Of a DNA stretch of 64,000 nucleotides, positions 38,116 through 53,100 are shown in pieces (the stretch's first letter is position 1; every line of letters begins with the position of its first letter). A program made the translations under genes and the position numbers. Below the pieces are notes generated by a model. The model saw only the letters and a list, made by a program, of their open reading frames with translations, did no database searches and had not been told where the DNA came from. This DNA comes from Asterias rubens (taxonomy: Eukaryota), in contig NC_047062.1 of the NCBI RefSeq assembly GCF_902459465.1, positions 15,252,001 to 15,316,000 on the forward strand, given 5' to 3'.

Positions 38116-41100
38116 TTAGGTCATCATAGGGAGATGTTGCTGGGGTAGATGAGCTGGTAGGGGCATTGGTAGAGGAAGCGACACTTGGGGTGATTTACAC
38201 AGGTTACATATCCAAGAACCTTAAGAGTAGGATCAAGAAAAACACAGATTTCAAGTATTAACATACACTTTTAATGCGCACATATCCTCCCTAGTGGGTG
38301 TTCAAGGCGCAGTAAAACCAAAAACAAAACAAAAGAAATCAGACACATTAAATAACAAAATAAAAAGATTTGGTTTTATGTTACAAAGAAAAGATCTAAG
38401 ATTAAGTGGTAGAGAGTTTCAGATACGTGACATGTACAAATATCTGCTGGGAACAAACAACAATGTAAGGTTTGGAAAGGGCCCCAGCGGTCAATTTCAC
38501 CAAACTCTTCCTAACTTAGGATTAATCTTAGGACTTAGGACGGGTTCAGTTCCGTATCCAAACACTCAGGACGCATTGAACCCATCCTTAGTTACGACGG
38601 GTTACTCGTCCTAACACGAGTTAGCATTAATCCTAGTGTTTTGTGAAATCGGCTGCAGGCCTCTTCCCTACCCTGGCCCAATCCTTGGCAATGCTAATGG
38701 CCCCTCCCCTTATATTTGGACTATTTGTATGCTTACCCTCTGGCGGTGCTGACATGGGTGGTTTAAGACAATACATGTGGTAACCACGATCACAGTCGTC
38801 ACAGAATAAAAGCTGATCCTAAGGAAAAACAATCGGCAAAAGTCAAAAACACTTAACACAAAATAGTAACCTAGAATTTCACTTGTGTCTAAACTTTGGA
38901 ATGGTTGTCAACACTGGAAAAATATACTTGGTGAATAATAACTTAGTAGTAACTTATTCATACATGTATAAAGAGCTAAATAAAATTTTGTTAAAATGTG
39001 CTTAACAATAAACTATTAATAAAAAATACAAGACAATAAATACACTATAAAAGTATACCCATACGCGCTATTACATAAATAAAAATAAATAAAGGAAACA
39101 TCAATAAAGTTACATTAAAGATGAACAATTAAAATTACAGTTAAAATTACCACAATCAAAAGAAGATTAAAAAAACAATATATCAATATTATAAAAAGAC
39201 AACACTCATCTTGAAAACAGATGAAAAAAACAAACCACAAAAATAACTCGCAAGGAGCTTAGAATGACCCATCATATCAAAATACAATAAAAGTAGAATA
39301 GAGATTACAATGGATGAATTTATCCTTCCTTAAAAAACCTGAAACTGCTTTGGTCTCGTCAGTCTATTGACCAAAGAAGCCTTTTAGAAAGTTAATAATA
39401 ATAATTTATTGAATTTGTATTGCGCTCTATCCAGGACCAGCCTGATCGAGGGCGCATAACCAGTAAAAATACCATAAGAAAATTACACAGAAACAGTTTA
39501 AAGTCACCTGGAAGTGGTATTTTTTCAAAATAAAGCTTTTGTTACTAATATATGCGTTTTGATGAGTGGAATGTGAATAAACAGTTAACAATGCCGACCA
39601 GGTGTATTGCTGCTGAATGCAGAAAAAACTTTTTGAAATGTACCAACTCACGACTTGGACGAACATGTACTTTGCACGTGTGTTTACTATACGCTTTGCA
39701 GGCAAAGTCTGCCTCGATTGACGTCACAAAAGGGGTAGGCGGAGTCAGTCCCCCAAACAACTTTATATATTTTTTAAACATATAAATCGTGACAAACAAT
39801 TACTTAAAAAATTGTTTTATTGTTCGTAAGCATATACTCTTATGTTTGAAAGGAAAAAAAATTCTATTTCCAGGTGACTTTAAGAAAAAGTACACCAGTA
39901 AAAAATATAAGCAAAATAGAAATCAGAGCCTTATTGACAAAAGGGTGCTTGAACACCATAATACAGTAAAACAAAACCAATGCAACTTAGGTACAATAAA
40001 GCTCACAATACACAATAAAATATGAAGCATAAAAACCGGCAGATACAAAGTTCACTGCACATCACTAAATGCTTTTCTTAAAAGATGTTTCCAGAGTAAA
40101 AATGGAAAGTTGATGACAGTCGACATTGTATTACTTACATCATTATCCGACGTACCACACAAGCCACATGACTTGCATTCAATACATTGCCAGCGGTAAC
40201 TCTTCACTTTAGCCGTAATGTTCTCCGTGAATTGTAGACAAGAAGGATGGCCTGAGGTTTAGAGCAAAAAAGATTCCTCTCAATTTAATGATTGTTTTAA
40301 TTCCCTTTTACAGGCATGATATTTGGTCCTTTTTATTTCATTTTATCAAGTAAAAGGGCCCATCATGGTGTAGGCTCTAACAGATTTTTAGGTTGTTCAA
40401 TCAAAGATTTTCTGAATTTTTCCTGAGAGCAGAAAAATCGGATATCAGACTAAAGTAGGAAGAATGTCATGCCTGTTTTTAACTGACCCACCCTTTCAAA
40501 AGTACCGTATACACACTGATGATGACCACTTATATTGATTCTGTATTTTCAATGTAATCACTATGAAACTCCCTGCCAGGTGCATGTTTCCCTCCATCCT
40601 AAAATCTAGACTGTTTTAAGAGGAATATATCAATTCCTGCCTTCAGCTCCACTGTGTTATTTTCATCTTAAATATTGTATCATAAGCAAAATGTAACTCT
40701 TCCTCAAATCAAAATTCTATCCATTCATCAAGGTGCACAATACAAGCAGAACATACTTACAAGAAAAATAACATGCTCTCATTCTTCTTCTTTTCCACAA
40801 AATACTTTAAAGCCATGCTGCACTTCTTAAAAATATACCCTCTCCAATTCACTAGAGTCCACAAGATCAGATAGAATTATGTTAAAGGCACTGGACACTA
40901 TTGGTAATTGTCAAAGACTAGTCTTCACAGTTGGTGTATCTCAACATATGCATATAATAACAAACCTGTGAAAAGTTGAGCTCAATCGGTCGTCGAAGTT
41001 GCGAGATAATAATGAAAGAAAAAACACCCTTGTGACACAAAGTTGTGCACTTTCAGATGCTTGATTTTGAGACCTCTATTTCAAAATCAAATTCGTGGAA

Positions 41101-44100
41101 AATTGCTTCTTTCTCGAAAACTACATTACTTCAGAGGGAGCCGTTTCTCACAATGTTTTATACCATCAACCTCTCCCCATTACTCGTAACCAAGAAAGGT
41201 TTTAACCTAATAATTGTTTCGAGTAACTACCAATAGTGTCCACTGCCTTTAAACAATGAACCGATACTGCGCAACAACATAGCTGAGCTCATCATCAATA
41301 ACAGCCAATACTGTTCTCGATGAGAATAGATAATTCTTTAATGGTTTGTCTGGGTTCACATTGCATGGTTTGTTCTGAATATGCAACACCGAAAACATCA
41401 AACCCCAACAACCAGTATAACAAGTTTAGACGATTTTTGTTTAGGGTAGTTGTAATCTTTTGAGATACTTGCCTGCAGAAACTAGCTTTTAGTTCAACTC
41501 AATGTAAACAAGCCCCAATAAGCCTATTGTTATTAATCAGGCCGTATCAGAATTAGCAGCTACGACCATGGCTAAGGGTGTTGTTAAGGAAGTCTTTTAC
41601 TTGAACGCACGACGACGCGGCAATCAAGCCATAGCTCTAGCCGAAGCTGCCAATTCAGACATGGCCTGGTACCCCTCGAGTACACACCTGAACGTCCACA
41701 ATCAGCGCAGGATACCAGCTGCTCCTGAGTACCTTCCTTGTTTCTATAGGTATCACCCAGACAGAAGTCGCAATAGTTATTAGGCTCTGCGATGCCTTTG
41801 ATCATTTTCTTCTTGGCTGAAAATACACAATGGATAACATAAACAAAACAATTTCAATGCTAAATTGGGGATCCCTATCTTTAAAAACAAAAAGAAACCT
41901 CAAACAAAAAGAAACAATAAACATAGTAACAAACGTAACATTACAAAAAAAAGGGGGGAAAAACGCAAAACATACAGACTACAAACAATACAAACTACAT
42001 ACAGGCTATATTAACTAATTTCTGAAAATCCGAAAAGTTTTTCGAAAACTCCTTTTCATCGGACTAACATTTATTTAATTCAAAGACAGTGTTGTTAATT
42101 TTGTTTTTTTCTCAGAAAGAAAAGCTGACTTTATGAGGTAAACGTTTTTAAATTTAAAAATTACTTCCTTACATTTGAGATGAATTCAACGCAAATTCCT
42201 CAACAACACCAACAGTGGAAAAAGAGGACCATTATCTTCCATTTCAGAATTCAATATATGTTGATATTTCTCTTAAATTTGGTAGAAGTTAAACATCATG
42301 CACTGTTTGTGAATACGTATTTGTGGATTATGGACAGACAGTTGGGTGAATTAAGTGGGGAATGTGGTTGTGTAATGTTAGTGCGGTAATATAATCGGGT
42401 GGATAAATGGTTAGGACAAATAGGTAGACAATAAATGTACAACATTGTGGAAAGGAGCAGACAAACCCCAGGTAGTAACAGGAAACATTTACATTCAGTT
42501 GGACTACACGGGGAGCCATTACAAAAATGCCTTAACATCATTCATCATTTTTTTTACACTTATGTTACACTTATATAAAACGTACTAAGCATATATCTCA
42601 CAGCATTTGCTTCTTGTTTGAAATTTAAATATTTGACTGGAAAATCATGGTTATCCACCATTTTCAACTGTAAAGCGTTGCACCCTAAAAACAATAACTC
42701 AGACTGGAGAGCAACACACAGATATTCACAGGGGTACATTTTGGCATATATTGACCCACCGATTCACCTGAAATCATCATCATCACAATAATCTTGGTTG
42801 CACCATTTTGGGAGTTTACATGTAAGTCCCTCTAAGCTATACAGTGTAGTGCACTTTTAGGGCGGCACTGCAGTTACATGCCTACCACAATTGATAGGAG
42901 CAATTTTGACTCCCAAAATGGCAGACAGTAGCCCCGTTAAATTGTACAAAAACAATCAACATTGTCAGTGTGTTGATTAAATGGCAATGAACTTTTAAAA
43001 AACTAGTGACTTCAGTTATTTGGCATGAAGGTGATGGTCAGTCGATTATCAATATATATTTGCTTTGCAGTAACACCATGTGTATATAATAGATGTTAAA
43101 TTTGCATCGGGGATAAAGAATATTAATTTTGGTTTTTACCCATACACCGATGTGTGTTAGCACTGTATACTCAGTACTTTCCCCGAGTCCTGTGAAAAAA
43201 TATCACATGCATGTTGCTCGGGTGGGATTCGAACCCACGACCATTGCAATTCTAGAGCAGTGTCTTACCAACTAGACTACCGAGGTTGCCCGGCAGCTAG
43301 AGGCAGTTCGAATCCTATGTTTAGGCAGCGTGTGTATATCTACTTGCCAGATAGATGTTCTTTTGAGAACTTGTCTTTCTTTAGATTCTACTAACTGCTT
43401 GTTACCTTCTACTACAAGGGCAGAAGGTAGAAAACCAAGGGGACTTCTCTTTTTTAAATTTCATTTTGATATTGGAGCATCAAAAAAGCAATAAGCAACT
43501 TTCTAGAAATTATACGTTAAGATCTTTCTGGAAATCACTTGTCCAATAAAAGTTCACCACCAACTTCATTTATCTTTCTTTGGAGACAGTATACCTTCAT
43601 TTTCAAATTCAATAAACCATTGAATTTCATTTTTTAGGGGTTGCACACCCCGTTTCGGCACAATATTCAAAAACTTTCATGCATGCGTTGAACAAACCTG
43701 TCACATGACTTTGCTGCATTTTGATCGGTGCGATCTGTGAATCGCTTGCCTTTAGCGCCATGCAAAACAAAAAAAAGCTTAAAAGTCTCTGGTTTTCATT
43801 GGGGGGGGGGGGAACTAACTCTAAAATGTGATGCATTGGTGTGGTTAAGTTCTACAAAAGCCAACAGTTTTATGCAATATGGGAAAACCTGAATTTTGTC
43901 CTTGCAAGTCATAGAAAAGTCATGTAACTTTATTTTAAGATGTCCGTGGGGACAACTTACACTTTTTATTCTTCTGAACACTGAAACAACTTGTCCGAAG
44001 ATGATATTTCCACATCAGCCTAAAGGGCCAGTCAAACGGCAGCGATAACGAAAATGAAAACGATTACGTTAACAAGGCACGCCCTCGATTGGTGGAATAA

Positions 44101-47100
44101 GTGTGTGCGTACTCTGCAAGGAGCGATTCAATCAAAAGAATGCTTTCTCTTTGCGTTGTGATCGTTATCGTTTTCGTTATCGCTGCAGTGTAACTTGCCC
44201 TTTTCACTGATATTGAATCAATAACTTGATTTGGCTTCATTTTGCTTTTTATGTAGAACCATGTATGAATAAATGAGCATAAATGAGATAGTCAACTAGT
44301 TTTGACTTGGGTCTTTACCAGTTCAATTTTTTCTTTTTTAAACATGAATGGATGAGTCTGAAAAAAAAACAAAAAAAACAATGGAGTGGGATAAACAGCT
44401 GACATGCTTAGGCACAAGAAACCAGAGACTTTTTATTGCTGGCCTCCAAATACATAAACCAATCTTAGTCACATGATCAGCTCTCTCCCAATCAGAATGC
44501 CTTCTTTAGGAGCAATGACTTACGGTATACCAACATGTACACATTCCTTTTGGCAACGATAATTTAACGATAACAATGTTGATTACTTTTATTTTGTGTT
44601 GCTTTTGCCCTCCAGTCACATGATCCCATTCCAAGATGGCGGACAACCTGACTTTCCCCTAAAGCCATAGAACTTCCAAAGTCTGAATCAAAACAGAAGT
44701 AAATGTCAATACAATCTGAAAAGTTCGCTCTCTGAAGCAAAAAGCCATTTAACATTCGATCAAAAACACTTAGTATTTTTCAAATGTATGAATGGAGAAA
44801 AACAATTTGGGTTATTTTGCATTTAAGTTGAAAATGCACACCAGGCATTCGCAGAAATGGCATATTAAATTGGTTAATTAAGAACATACACTGTACATGT
44901 ATAAAGAGGTCCAGGTTTTACATCTGCAGGTCAAAATGTTAGACTTCTACGCTATGTTTCAGTATGAGACCTGTCCTGTATTTCACAGTCTATGACCTTT
45001 TTCCTTCACTCAAGGACCATTTTAAAGGAGCATTACAAAATTGGTTTTGCTAGCAAAAAAGTTGCTGGCAGTGTAAGCACTTCATGTGATCCACCATATA
45101 CATAAACTGACAAACATGTAAACGTTCGAGATCGGTCGGCCATTTGGGTCACGACTGTAACGTTCCTTTTAGTATGTTTAGTATAGGACCTGTAGTTTCA
45201 AGTCTAGGTCCTATTCGTCACAGTATTTGTAGGTCTAAAAAATAGAACCCGTAAGGTCCATGTCTTGGACCCTCTTATATCAAACTATCAGACTCATGGA
45301 CTGTATGGCACCTACCACTGGTCTCGACTACCCTGCCACATAGACCTTATCGCAAATACTTTTTTTCAAGTGAACCATTTTTCGTGGATTCACGCACGTT
45401 AGGCGTGAATCAAATTTGATCGCTAGCTAGACCAGCATGCACCCCATTTAACAGTTAGCACTTGCACAATGGGTATTTGCGAAAAAATCTATGGCAGGAG
45501 AAGAACACTCCATCGCTGTTTGATGTTCCAAAGCGTGGATCAAGTTTGATCACTAGCTAGACCATAGCTAGACCAGCATGCACCCCGTTTAACAGTTTGC
45601 GCTTGCGCAATGGGTATTTGCGAAAAAATCTATGGCAGGAGAAGAACACTCCATGGCTGTTTGATGATCCAAAGCTGGAGGTTGAACTTCTAAACAAATC
45701 TTAATCACGCATTAAGGGACTAAAAATCACATGTGTTTTCCCACTACTTAGTTCCATTCAGTAATTAGTTTGAAAGCAAAGTCGAGTGAATTTTGGCTGA
45801 ATATTGAAACATTTAGCTCTTTTCTTTAAGAACCTCCATTGCAGTTATTGGAATATTGTCCTTGAATAAAATTGTTTCAACTGACACCACTCATTTGCAA
45901 TTACACAACTCAAGGATTATCACTTACAAATCAAGCTTGGAATTAAACAGAAACCACAAAGGCCCTGGCTGCTGTTACCTTGGCCTTGGTGCCCCTTAAG
46001 AAATTTCCCCTGGGCTTTAAGATTTTCCACTGGAAAACCCCAAACGAAAATGGCCATGCCCTCTCAAGGTGAGTTTCCAGGCCTGACAAAAATGTAGTTA
46101 TTAACACGTAGTTATTAACACGTAGTTATTAACACGTAGTTATTAACACGTAGTTATTAACACGTATGTGCAATGTACAAATATCCATTTACGACAGCAG
46201 TGTGACATTGAGTGAACTTAAGGTGTCACAAGGAACAATGCAAATAATGTGCAGATACAGTTGAGCAGCAGACCTAAGTGTGTGAAACAGTGTGAAAGTT
46301 ACACTTTTGCATGCAGGACTATCAAATCCAACACAAAATAATCACCTGCAAGTCTAAAAATAAACCCCACATATTTTCAAATGTGTAGGCCTACGCTGAG
46401 GAAAAAACTTTTGCATTAACCAAAATATGAAGATGTGGTGTTTGAATTTGATAATGAACAGATGACTGTTCTCCAAAAGGAAACAAATCAAATCGTTCTG
46501 TCTACACTGAAAGTAAGCAACTGAAGAAAAGAACAACAAAACTTAAACCTTTTCTTTGAAGAAAAAAAAGGGAGATGAGGTACCTGAAAAGTTTTATGGA
46601 GTAAAGAAATTCTCGCAAAATGCAGCAAATGTTGTAAATAGATTGAAGCGGTGGTATTATTATTTGCATAAATGAATATTAATTAAGGAGAAAAGATCAC
46701 CCTGAGCATAAGGAGTGGAAGTTGAGGTCCTTGCTACCAGAGGTCAATGGTCATGTTTGGTGAGCTGAATGAGCGAGTAGCACTGCCATTACCATGTTGA
46801 TTTACAGTTGGTTGTGGAAATGTTCAAGAATTAACAGAAATTTTACGATCGTCCAGCACATGATAGCTCCCAACAACCGACATGTTAGCATCTATGATTT
46901 ACCCCATTAAGCAAATTTGAAAGTTTTATCAATTACCGGTAGTTGCATAAGAATCTGAAATGATTTCAGAGGATACAGGGCAGGAAAGGCTTACCCATTA
47001 TAAATGAACAAAATTCAAATAACTGTTGTGATGCACTGTTGACTCCTTTCCAACAACGCTAACAAAATGCCACCTTTTAAAGATACTGGACACTATTGGT

Positions 47101-50100
47101 ATTTGTCAAAGACTAGTCTTCACAGTTGGTTTATCTCAACATATGCAAAAAATAACAAACATGTGAAAATTTGAGCTCAATCGGTCGTCGAATTTAATGA
47201 AAGAAAAAACACTAAATGTGAGGTCTTGAAATCAAATTCGTGGAAAATTACTTCTTTCTCGAAAACTACGTCACTTCAGAGGGAGCTGTTTCTCACAATG
47301 TTTTATACTATCAACCTCTCCCCATTACTCGTTATCAAGAAAGGTTTTATGATAATAATTATTTTGAGTAATTACCAATAGTGCCCACTGCCTTAAACAG
47401 AGGTAGAATTTATGTTGAGCAGAAAAACAGAACACCACTGCCTGTACACACAGGCAAGTCACTGACGACAATCACCCCCTCCCCCAAACGGGGGAAAACC
47501 TTTCATTCAACTAAATAAAATAAAATAAAACATTAATGACAAATACAAATATGTCCCCTGGTTGTAGACATTTTTACAAAAAAAATTATGTTTCAGTCTT
47601 TACTTTCAGTATTAAAGTCACCTGGAAGTGGTATTTTTTCAAAATAAAGCTTTTGTCACTAATATATGTGTTTTGATGAGTGGACTGTGAATAAACAGTT
47701 AACTAAGGTTTTAAAAAAATCAGTTCTTATGTTATTTACAAATTTAAGAGTAGACCCCGACCCGAGAGGGTGCTGTTCGTGACGTCAATCGAGGCAGACT
47801 TTGCCTGTAATGCATAGAGTAAACACAATTGCAAAGTACATGAGTCGTGAGTTTGTACGTTTCAAAAAAATATGCCGACCAGGTGTATTGCTGCTGAATG
47901 CAGAAAAACACTTTTTGAAACGTACCAACTCACGACTTGGACGTACATGTACTTTGCACGTGTGTTTACTATAGACGATGTGACCTCTGACGTCACACGA
48001 ATACCATAACATGATTCGCGCGCATACCGCCGGGCAAAACCTTTGTGTTTTGGCAGCCAGCTAGAAAGTGTACGTAATCTTACTATGACTACGCAACTCA
48101 GTGCCCGGCGAAACATGATGTGTATAGTGTTTTGTCAACAGAGGGCGGTTTGAATGTAAACATAGGTCACATCGTCTATACGAATTGCAGGCAATGTCTG
48201 CCTCGATTGACGTCACAAAAGGGGTAGGCGGAGTCAGCCTCCCAAACAACTTTATATATTTTTTAAACATATAAATCGTGACAAACAATTACTAAAAACA
48301 TTGTTTTATTGTTCGCAAGCATATACTCTTATGTTTGATAGAAAAAATAAATTCTATTTCCAGGTGACTTTAATGTTAGACTGATTATAAGATTTCATTA
48401 CCATGCAAGTCTTTGTTTATAAATGATTGGCTACCCGACTTTACCAAGGCCCTTTTGTGTAGCTCCAAGTGCATGCATAGTGACATGCAGTTAACTTCCT
48501 CACTATCAGACTAACATTAACAGCATATACATAAAACCTTTTGTACTAATACAAAAAAAGGAATGGTACAGAATTGAAAGAAGTTTGCCTCAGATGCAAG
48601 GGTTGTCTCAGAACACGGAAACTAAATTAAATGCTAAATTCAATTTGGGAATTTGTGACACATTTATGAGCATCTTTAATAATGAAGGCGAAGTAATTAT
48701 ACCAAAGCGGTGCTTCCTTTTTCCTAAAATAAAGTTTTGTTAAGAAGACAAAACTATTGCCAAAATGAGACACACATGTAGAATATTTTGTCCTGCCAGG
48801 TCTGGGTCTCTCTATTTTAGGTGCTGAGGTAGAAGCCCCCCCTGGGTGTAATTGCAAGCAGATTGTTTACGTCATCACAAATAACAAACAGCATCAAAAC
48901 ACAGCTTCTTTGATTCTTTCCCTCAGTAGTTTCTAGATTCAAAGTAAAACAAGTCCTGAAATCTAGTCCTGAAATCTGGACCTATTAAAGGATTTGTGTA
49001 CCTTTTCAAAATGTCAATAGATTTACATTAAACTTACAGGGTTTGAAGATAATGATAGTGGAAAGCTTCTCTTCAAATATTACTTACTGAGGTGCTGTAG
49101 TTTTTGAGAAATGAGTAAAACAATGTCATGAAAATACGTTTGTAAATGATTAAAATAATTTCTCATAAGACGAAAATTATTTTCATGACATTGTTTTACT
49201 CATTTCCCAAAAAATTACAGCACATCAGCACATAATATTTCCAGGGAAGCTTTCTACTATCATTATCTTCAAACTGTGTAAGTTTAGTGTAAATCTGTGG
49301 ACATTGTGTTTTTGTCCTACAAAAATTACATAGACCCTTTAAAGTTGTTTCCATTATTAACATTTCTGTAACTTCCATTGTGTATAATGTGAATCCCACT
49401 TTTAGATGCCTGATCTGTCAATCTTGTGTGTGCCAACATACCTTGTCTAATAGAAACAGTTTGTTACGCAACTCATAAGGGGTATACAATGTTAACAAAC
49501 CAAGGAAGTAACGCACAGTAAGCATGAAAAGCATGGCAGCTTCCAAGTGTTTGTGCCTGAAGGTGGGAGGGAGGCAGCCATGAATTTTCAATACACACTG
49601 CGCTCTACTTGCTTGGACTGTTTACATTGTGTATCCACATGAGCTACACAATTGAAATATTTGCAGCTGATATCAGAAATGTCTAGATTTTCAGACTTAG
49701 AGAGAATTATTTGAGAGGAGAGACCAACAACAATGAGTTAAGGTTGAATTGATGCCAATCAGTGATTAGATAGAATGAGTTACCATGGTTACTGTTAGTG
49801 CCAATGTGCAGCAGGAGATAATAATGGCTAGAGTTACCCATGCAGATATTAGTGATAGTCAACACAGTCAGCCGCCATCTTGAAAAACATGCCATTTTAA
49901 AGAACAAAGCAGCGTCCTCTGTGAGTGGTGGACAAATGACAAAGAATGCCACAAAACAATAGCTAAAGAGGTCAGTGACCCTCAATGATGCCCTAGCAAT
50001 GTGCGCTTCCACCAATTAGTGTTAAAGATAGCTTCGTTCCGATACAAAATCTTCTGTGAATGGTGCGGGTGGCAGTGGAGGGGCGAAGACTTACGTGGAT

Positions 50101-53100
50101 CCGTCAGTTGGAGAGGGGAGGGTTGGGACTGTTCGTCCGAGACAGCCTCTATCTCTTGGTGATAGTGACTCATATGATAATTCAAACCCGGTCGATTCTT
50201 GTACCGTTTGCCGCACACTAGCGTTAGAGAAGGGTAACAGTGTCAGATGATGGTTACCAACTAAACTGTGGACCTTGCTGTGATTGTGCTAATTATCGTC
50301 AAAGATGAACCTGTTTCTGCCAACTTTAATGCATTTCTTGTAATCACGTTGAGAATTCCCTCAAAGTGAATTAAATTCCAGCCTGTAAATACATGTATTA
50401 GGTTGTTTCCTCTGAGTGCTAGAAACACTTGAGTAATCCAATAGACCTTTATCATGGTGCAGCCATCTTGAATCTCTCCCATTGATATCAATGTTACCAA
50501 ACCGGAGCTGGAAGAACAAAATTGTCTGGTTCCTATTTGCAAAATGACTAATAGCATCCATTATTGTTGTTCAACACGAGGAACATGACCAAGATGGAGG
50601 CAGCATAATAAAGGTTTATGCTCTCACACATTTCCTCAATTTCAATCTTTCTGAGATTATGATCAGTATCTTACTGTAATCACATTTATCTTATCTTATC
50701 TAATCTTATCTTTTCAATTGTTTTGGTTTTAGGCACTTGACACCTTCGGTAATTGTCAAAGACCACACATCTGTGAAAATGTGGGGTCATTTGGTCATCT
50801 TATTTGCAAAAAAAATAATGATGAAAAAGCATCCTTGTACAATTTGAGTACTTTCAGATGCATAAAAAAAGGCTTCAGACTTTAAGTCTTTCAATATTTG
50901 AGTGACAAATCACCTCTTTCTAAAAAAACTACATTACTTCAGAGGGAGCAGTTTCTCACAATGTTTTACTTAATTGATGAATTTAAAAATATACTTTTTT
51001 TTCTGAAGCTTTACTCAGAAGTTAGTTTTGTGATAACAAAGTGGTAAAAAAAATGTGCAAAATAGTGCCAAATATGAATTTAAAAAAAATGTTAATTGAT
51101 AACGTCAAAAGTTAATGGTGGACGAAGCTTATACAAATTAAATAAATTTTCGTTTATAAGACTCAAATTTACAAAATGGATGAAACCTTTAAGGTATAAC
51201 CATGTGACATTCCCACACTGGATGTAGTCTGAAGAGTTCAAATTGTGCATTCACTTGTGACCAAACAAGGCACTGTACAACCAGACATCGTTAATAAATT
51301 TAACTCCAGAATGGCTTTTAAAACCAATTCTTCCAGATTTATTAAAAAAGTAAAGCAGCTCAATCACAGAGGAAGGGCAAACACTACAGGTCTAGCAGTC
51401 AAGCCCAATTTTTAAAATTTGTTTGCATGACTTTCTTTGCATGTGAAGAATGTAGTCTAATGTTTCAGATAATAAATGTCCTAGAACGACTGAAGAAAAT
51501 TATGCAAAAAAGGGCGTGTCTTTCTTGCAATGGTCTGAAAGAGTATAGCTGTAGGACTACTTGAGAACTAGCAAGTCTAAAATGAACTTGACCAAAGAAC
51601 TATACTGTGTGTCCACTACTTTGAAACAGAATACATGTAGGCGATTCTAATGTTCTTGGAGGCAGTTACTTTTTCTGTAGGATTCTTCTAGATACAAATG
51701 TTGGTCGCAATCAGTCAATCTGCCCGATCGGCCAATTACATTGAACTATCAGTCGATCCAGCTGCAACAAGTTGAACCCCTCTCCTTTCTAATTCCCAAC
51801 TCTTGAGGATTTCTTTTTTCCTTCTTGTAAGCGTGTGAGATGAATACAGAATCTGCCCAATGCCTAACATGATTGACTGATCGCACACATCAACTGACCG
51901 TGCCCAACATATACATGGGAATTAAACCCAGTTCATACTTCCTACGAATGCATCACATCTCTGTTTTCCCAGTAAATATTTCGCAGGAGTTGAGCACAAC
52001 TCAACTGCTGTGAACTGCTCGTTGCGAAATTGCGACATCAACATCCAAATCGCATTCGCAGGAAGTATGAAATCGGGCGTCAGCCATTGAACCTAATGAA
52101 GATACAGGTTGGAACGGTGGATTGTTTTACCTTTACAGCCGAAGGGTTTCTCTTTTTCTTCTGCTTGTAGAATGGGCATGTCTGCGTCGATGGCTGGAGC
52201 TTTCTTCCTTCCGCCACCACGTCCCTGTGGGGGTAGGGGTAAAAGGGACATTGGGTCAATACTGATAAATGTAATGTTTCTGAAGACTAAAGAACTTATT
52301 ATTTTACTTGAGATGGGCTCTAATAGACTGTGCAAGTCCTGCACGTTAAACAACATTTTAGAGAGAAACTACCCATCTACACGAGAAAAGGAAGATTACA
52401 AATGTATTATGTATTATGTATTATGTAAAGTTATGACCAGACAACTCCAGCTGTCTTGTGTATTTTTAATCTAATATTATTGTATATATATTTGGTTTGC
52501 TGTAACATCATGTGTGTATCTACTTGCCAGGTAGAGTTTGTTCTTAGAGAACTGTCTTGCTTTATTTAAATACCGCGGAGTAGATGTTCTGGGGTTCGGG
52601 AGACTTCTCAGTTCTGAAAAGAACTGTCCTGCTTTTTTAACTATTACCCGGTCGGATTGTATAGAAATTAGACTGGAACTACTACTTTAGCTTATAGGAT
52701 CGTGATTAACTGTACTACTGCTGAGTCAGTTCTTAAATTGTTCTCAAAGTTTCGACAACTTGCTCTAGTCATCGTCAGGAGACTGAAGTGGTAAGAGAAG
52801 CCCACTCTTCTCTTACCTCTTCAGTCTCCTGGTGATGACTAGAGCAAACTAGTCGAAAAGTCAACCAAGGGGGAGTGGATCAAAAACATTATTTATGTTT
52901 AACTATGGGGCCATCATTGCTGAAATGCAAGCTCAGGCATGATGCAATGTTTCCAAACTGTTCTTTCACTGTGACTTCTGATACTCCTTATCATTAGCTG
53001 TGCCTCCGATCAATGCACAGTGGAAATTATTTTGATTTATTCCAGGGGGAAATCTGTGCTGGTCGGTTCAATGTATTTTGCTCAGAGCGCTGGGCAAAAA

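Noticed and set aside
43215-43285. Functional tRNA gene
   Set aside because: Imperfect cloverleaf attached to a repeated SINE body that recurs in the window.
41817-50094. Additional DPF coding exons in the 8-kb intron (for example 46700-46810)
   Set aside because: All frames checked contain stops, and the flanking exons already join in phase.
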